Under the pieces are notes generated by a model. The model ran no database searches, was not told where the DNA came from, and saw only the letters and a program-made list of their open reading frames with translations. A program made the translations under genes and the position numbers. A stretch of 64,000 nt of DNA, taken from positions 153,762,001 to 153,826,000 of the forward strand of contig CM059432.1 in assembly GCA_030390025.1 (NCBI GenBank), written 5' to 3'. This document shows, in pieces, positions 62,575 through 64,000 of this stretch. Source of the stretch: Squalus acanthias (lineage: Eukaryota). The stretch's first letter is position 1; each line of letters begins with the position of its first letter.

Positions 62575-63327
62575 GGGCTGGATTTTGATACTGGGGCGGG
62601 TTGGGGTCGTGTCATCCGCATTTCGTGTTATCCACCCGCCTGCAATTGGATGTGGGAGATTGATGCAATTTTCACTTAATTGGGCAATTGAGTTGCAGCA
62701 TGTGGGAACCCATGAACCAATTAGTGGTTTCAGTCTGAAAGTCGCCTCTCATGATGTCATCATTGCAGGTCAGAGACTGCCTGGTCTCAGAGATTGCCTG
62801 GCCTTTGCTGTGAGAGGACCTGGATGCAAAATGAGCAGCATCTCAGAGAGAGGGAGAGAGAGAGAATTTTTTTTGCAACCAAGTCCTCCCAGGCAGTCTC
62901 TAAAGACATTCAATGCAGCAGCATCAGAGGCGACTTTCAGACCTAATACTACTACTACCTTCATCACAATACTACTACTACCTTCATCACATCTCCGTTG
63001 TAATAGTGGACCTGCAGCTGATAGTCAGCTATCCACTTGTGCTCCCGCCAGGTTTCACTGGCGTGTTTCACATCAGGCGTACTTCACGTTGGAAAAGGGT
63101 TAAACTAGCTAAAATGTTTCAAAATGGCATTACAGAGCCAATTTAGGGCTTGTTAAGGGCTTTAATGGCCTCTCCCGCCTCTTGGAGGCGGGACAGAGTC
63201 GGGAACCCCGCGACCGATTTTATCAAAATTGCGTGGAGGCGGGATGGGGTCGGGACCCCCGAATCTGCAACTTTAACCCCCCACACACCTCCAAACCCGA
63301 CTCCATGGGTCATTGAAAATCCAGCCC
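62575..63327. mobile_element. Harbinger-type MITE
   Basis: TIR GGGCTGGATTTT at both ends; flanks TAT / TTT. Confidence 0.8.
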
Positions 63328-63345
63328 TTTGCTTCTATTTATAAA

Positions 63346-63478
63346 AATGAGAAGTCGCACAACACCAGGTTATAGTCCAACAGATTTATTTAAAATTACA
63401 AGCTTTCGGAGCTATCCTGCTCCTTCTTCAGGTAAAGTTACACTGAGTGAATCTACAAAAGTTCACAATATAAACACA
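63346..63478 (-). mobile_element. Short PLE pLTR insertion (variant subfamily)
   Basis: TSD CTATTTATAAA at 63335-63345 and 63479-63489; pLTR end TGAGAAGTCGCAC. Confidence 0.8.
63396..63435 (-). ncRNA. Minimal type I hammerhead ribozyme, covariant variant
   Basis: UUAC-CUGAAGA-A-GGAGC aggaua GCUCC-GAAA-GC-UU-GUAA. Confidence 0.8.
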
Positions 63479-64000
63479 CTATTTATAAAGCCTGTATACT
63501 TTTTTTTTTAAAACAGCCTTCTCAACTTGCCACTGTCAAAGACTTGTGTATATACACCCTCAGGAATCTCTATTCCTGCAACCCATTTAAAATTGTACCA
63601 TTTAGATTATATTGCCTCTCCTCATTCTTCCTACCAAAATGTATCACTTCACACTTCCTGCGTTAAATTTCATGTGCCATTTGTCTGCCCGTTTCACCAA
63701 TGAGGTCTATTACTATACTATTCACTGTTTACTACATTTCCGAGTTTCGTGTCATCTGCAAACTTTGAAATTATGCCCTGTATACCCAAGTCCAGGTCAT
63801 TAATATATATCAAAAATAGCAGTGGTCCTAATACTGACCCCTGGGGACACCACTGTATACTTCCCTCTGGACTCAAAAACAACCATTCACCACGACTCCC
63901 TGCTTTCTGTTTCTTAGCCAATTTCCTTTCCACACTGCCACGGGCTTCAATTTTGCTAACAAGTCTATTATGTGGTACTCTATCAAACACCTTTTGAAAG

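Larger units (their letters stand above)
61970..64000 (-). mobile_element. CR1 RT and 3' end interrupted by a MITE and a PLE fragment
   Basis: [24 protein letters not shown] and FFTQRVV motifs. Confidence 0.85.

Overview
Eukaryotic (shark/elasmobranch-type) genomic DNA, mostly transposable elements; no prokaryotic genes, rRNA, true tRNA genes or CRISPR arrays. The only host coding sequence I recognise is two small minus-strand exons of SUGCT (10773-10846 and 10943-10988); exon 1 was not found, so much of the window may be SUGCT intron 1 (inference). The rest comprises: many CR1 LINEs, including one full-length element with tandem 5' monomers and an intact esterase ORF1; L2 fragments; Deu-type, HE1 and AmnSINE2-like SINEs; fold-back Penelope-like elements (PLEs) carrying minimal hammerhead ribozymes; and a PIF/Harbinger system. 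That system includes a full-length element with an intact transposase and a spliced Myb/SANT partner gene nested in a MITE, two non-autonomous derivatives, a second decayed element and several other MITE families. The most notable observations are covarying PLE hammerheads, a fixed tail asymmetry across five PLE insertions, the Harbinger master/MITE set, a CR1 ORF1/ORF2 module swap, and near-identical inverted CR1 copies bracketing a frame-symmetric SUGCT exon pair. Family names come from recognition of motifs, not from database searches.
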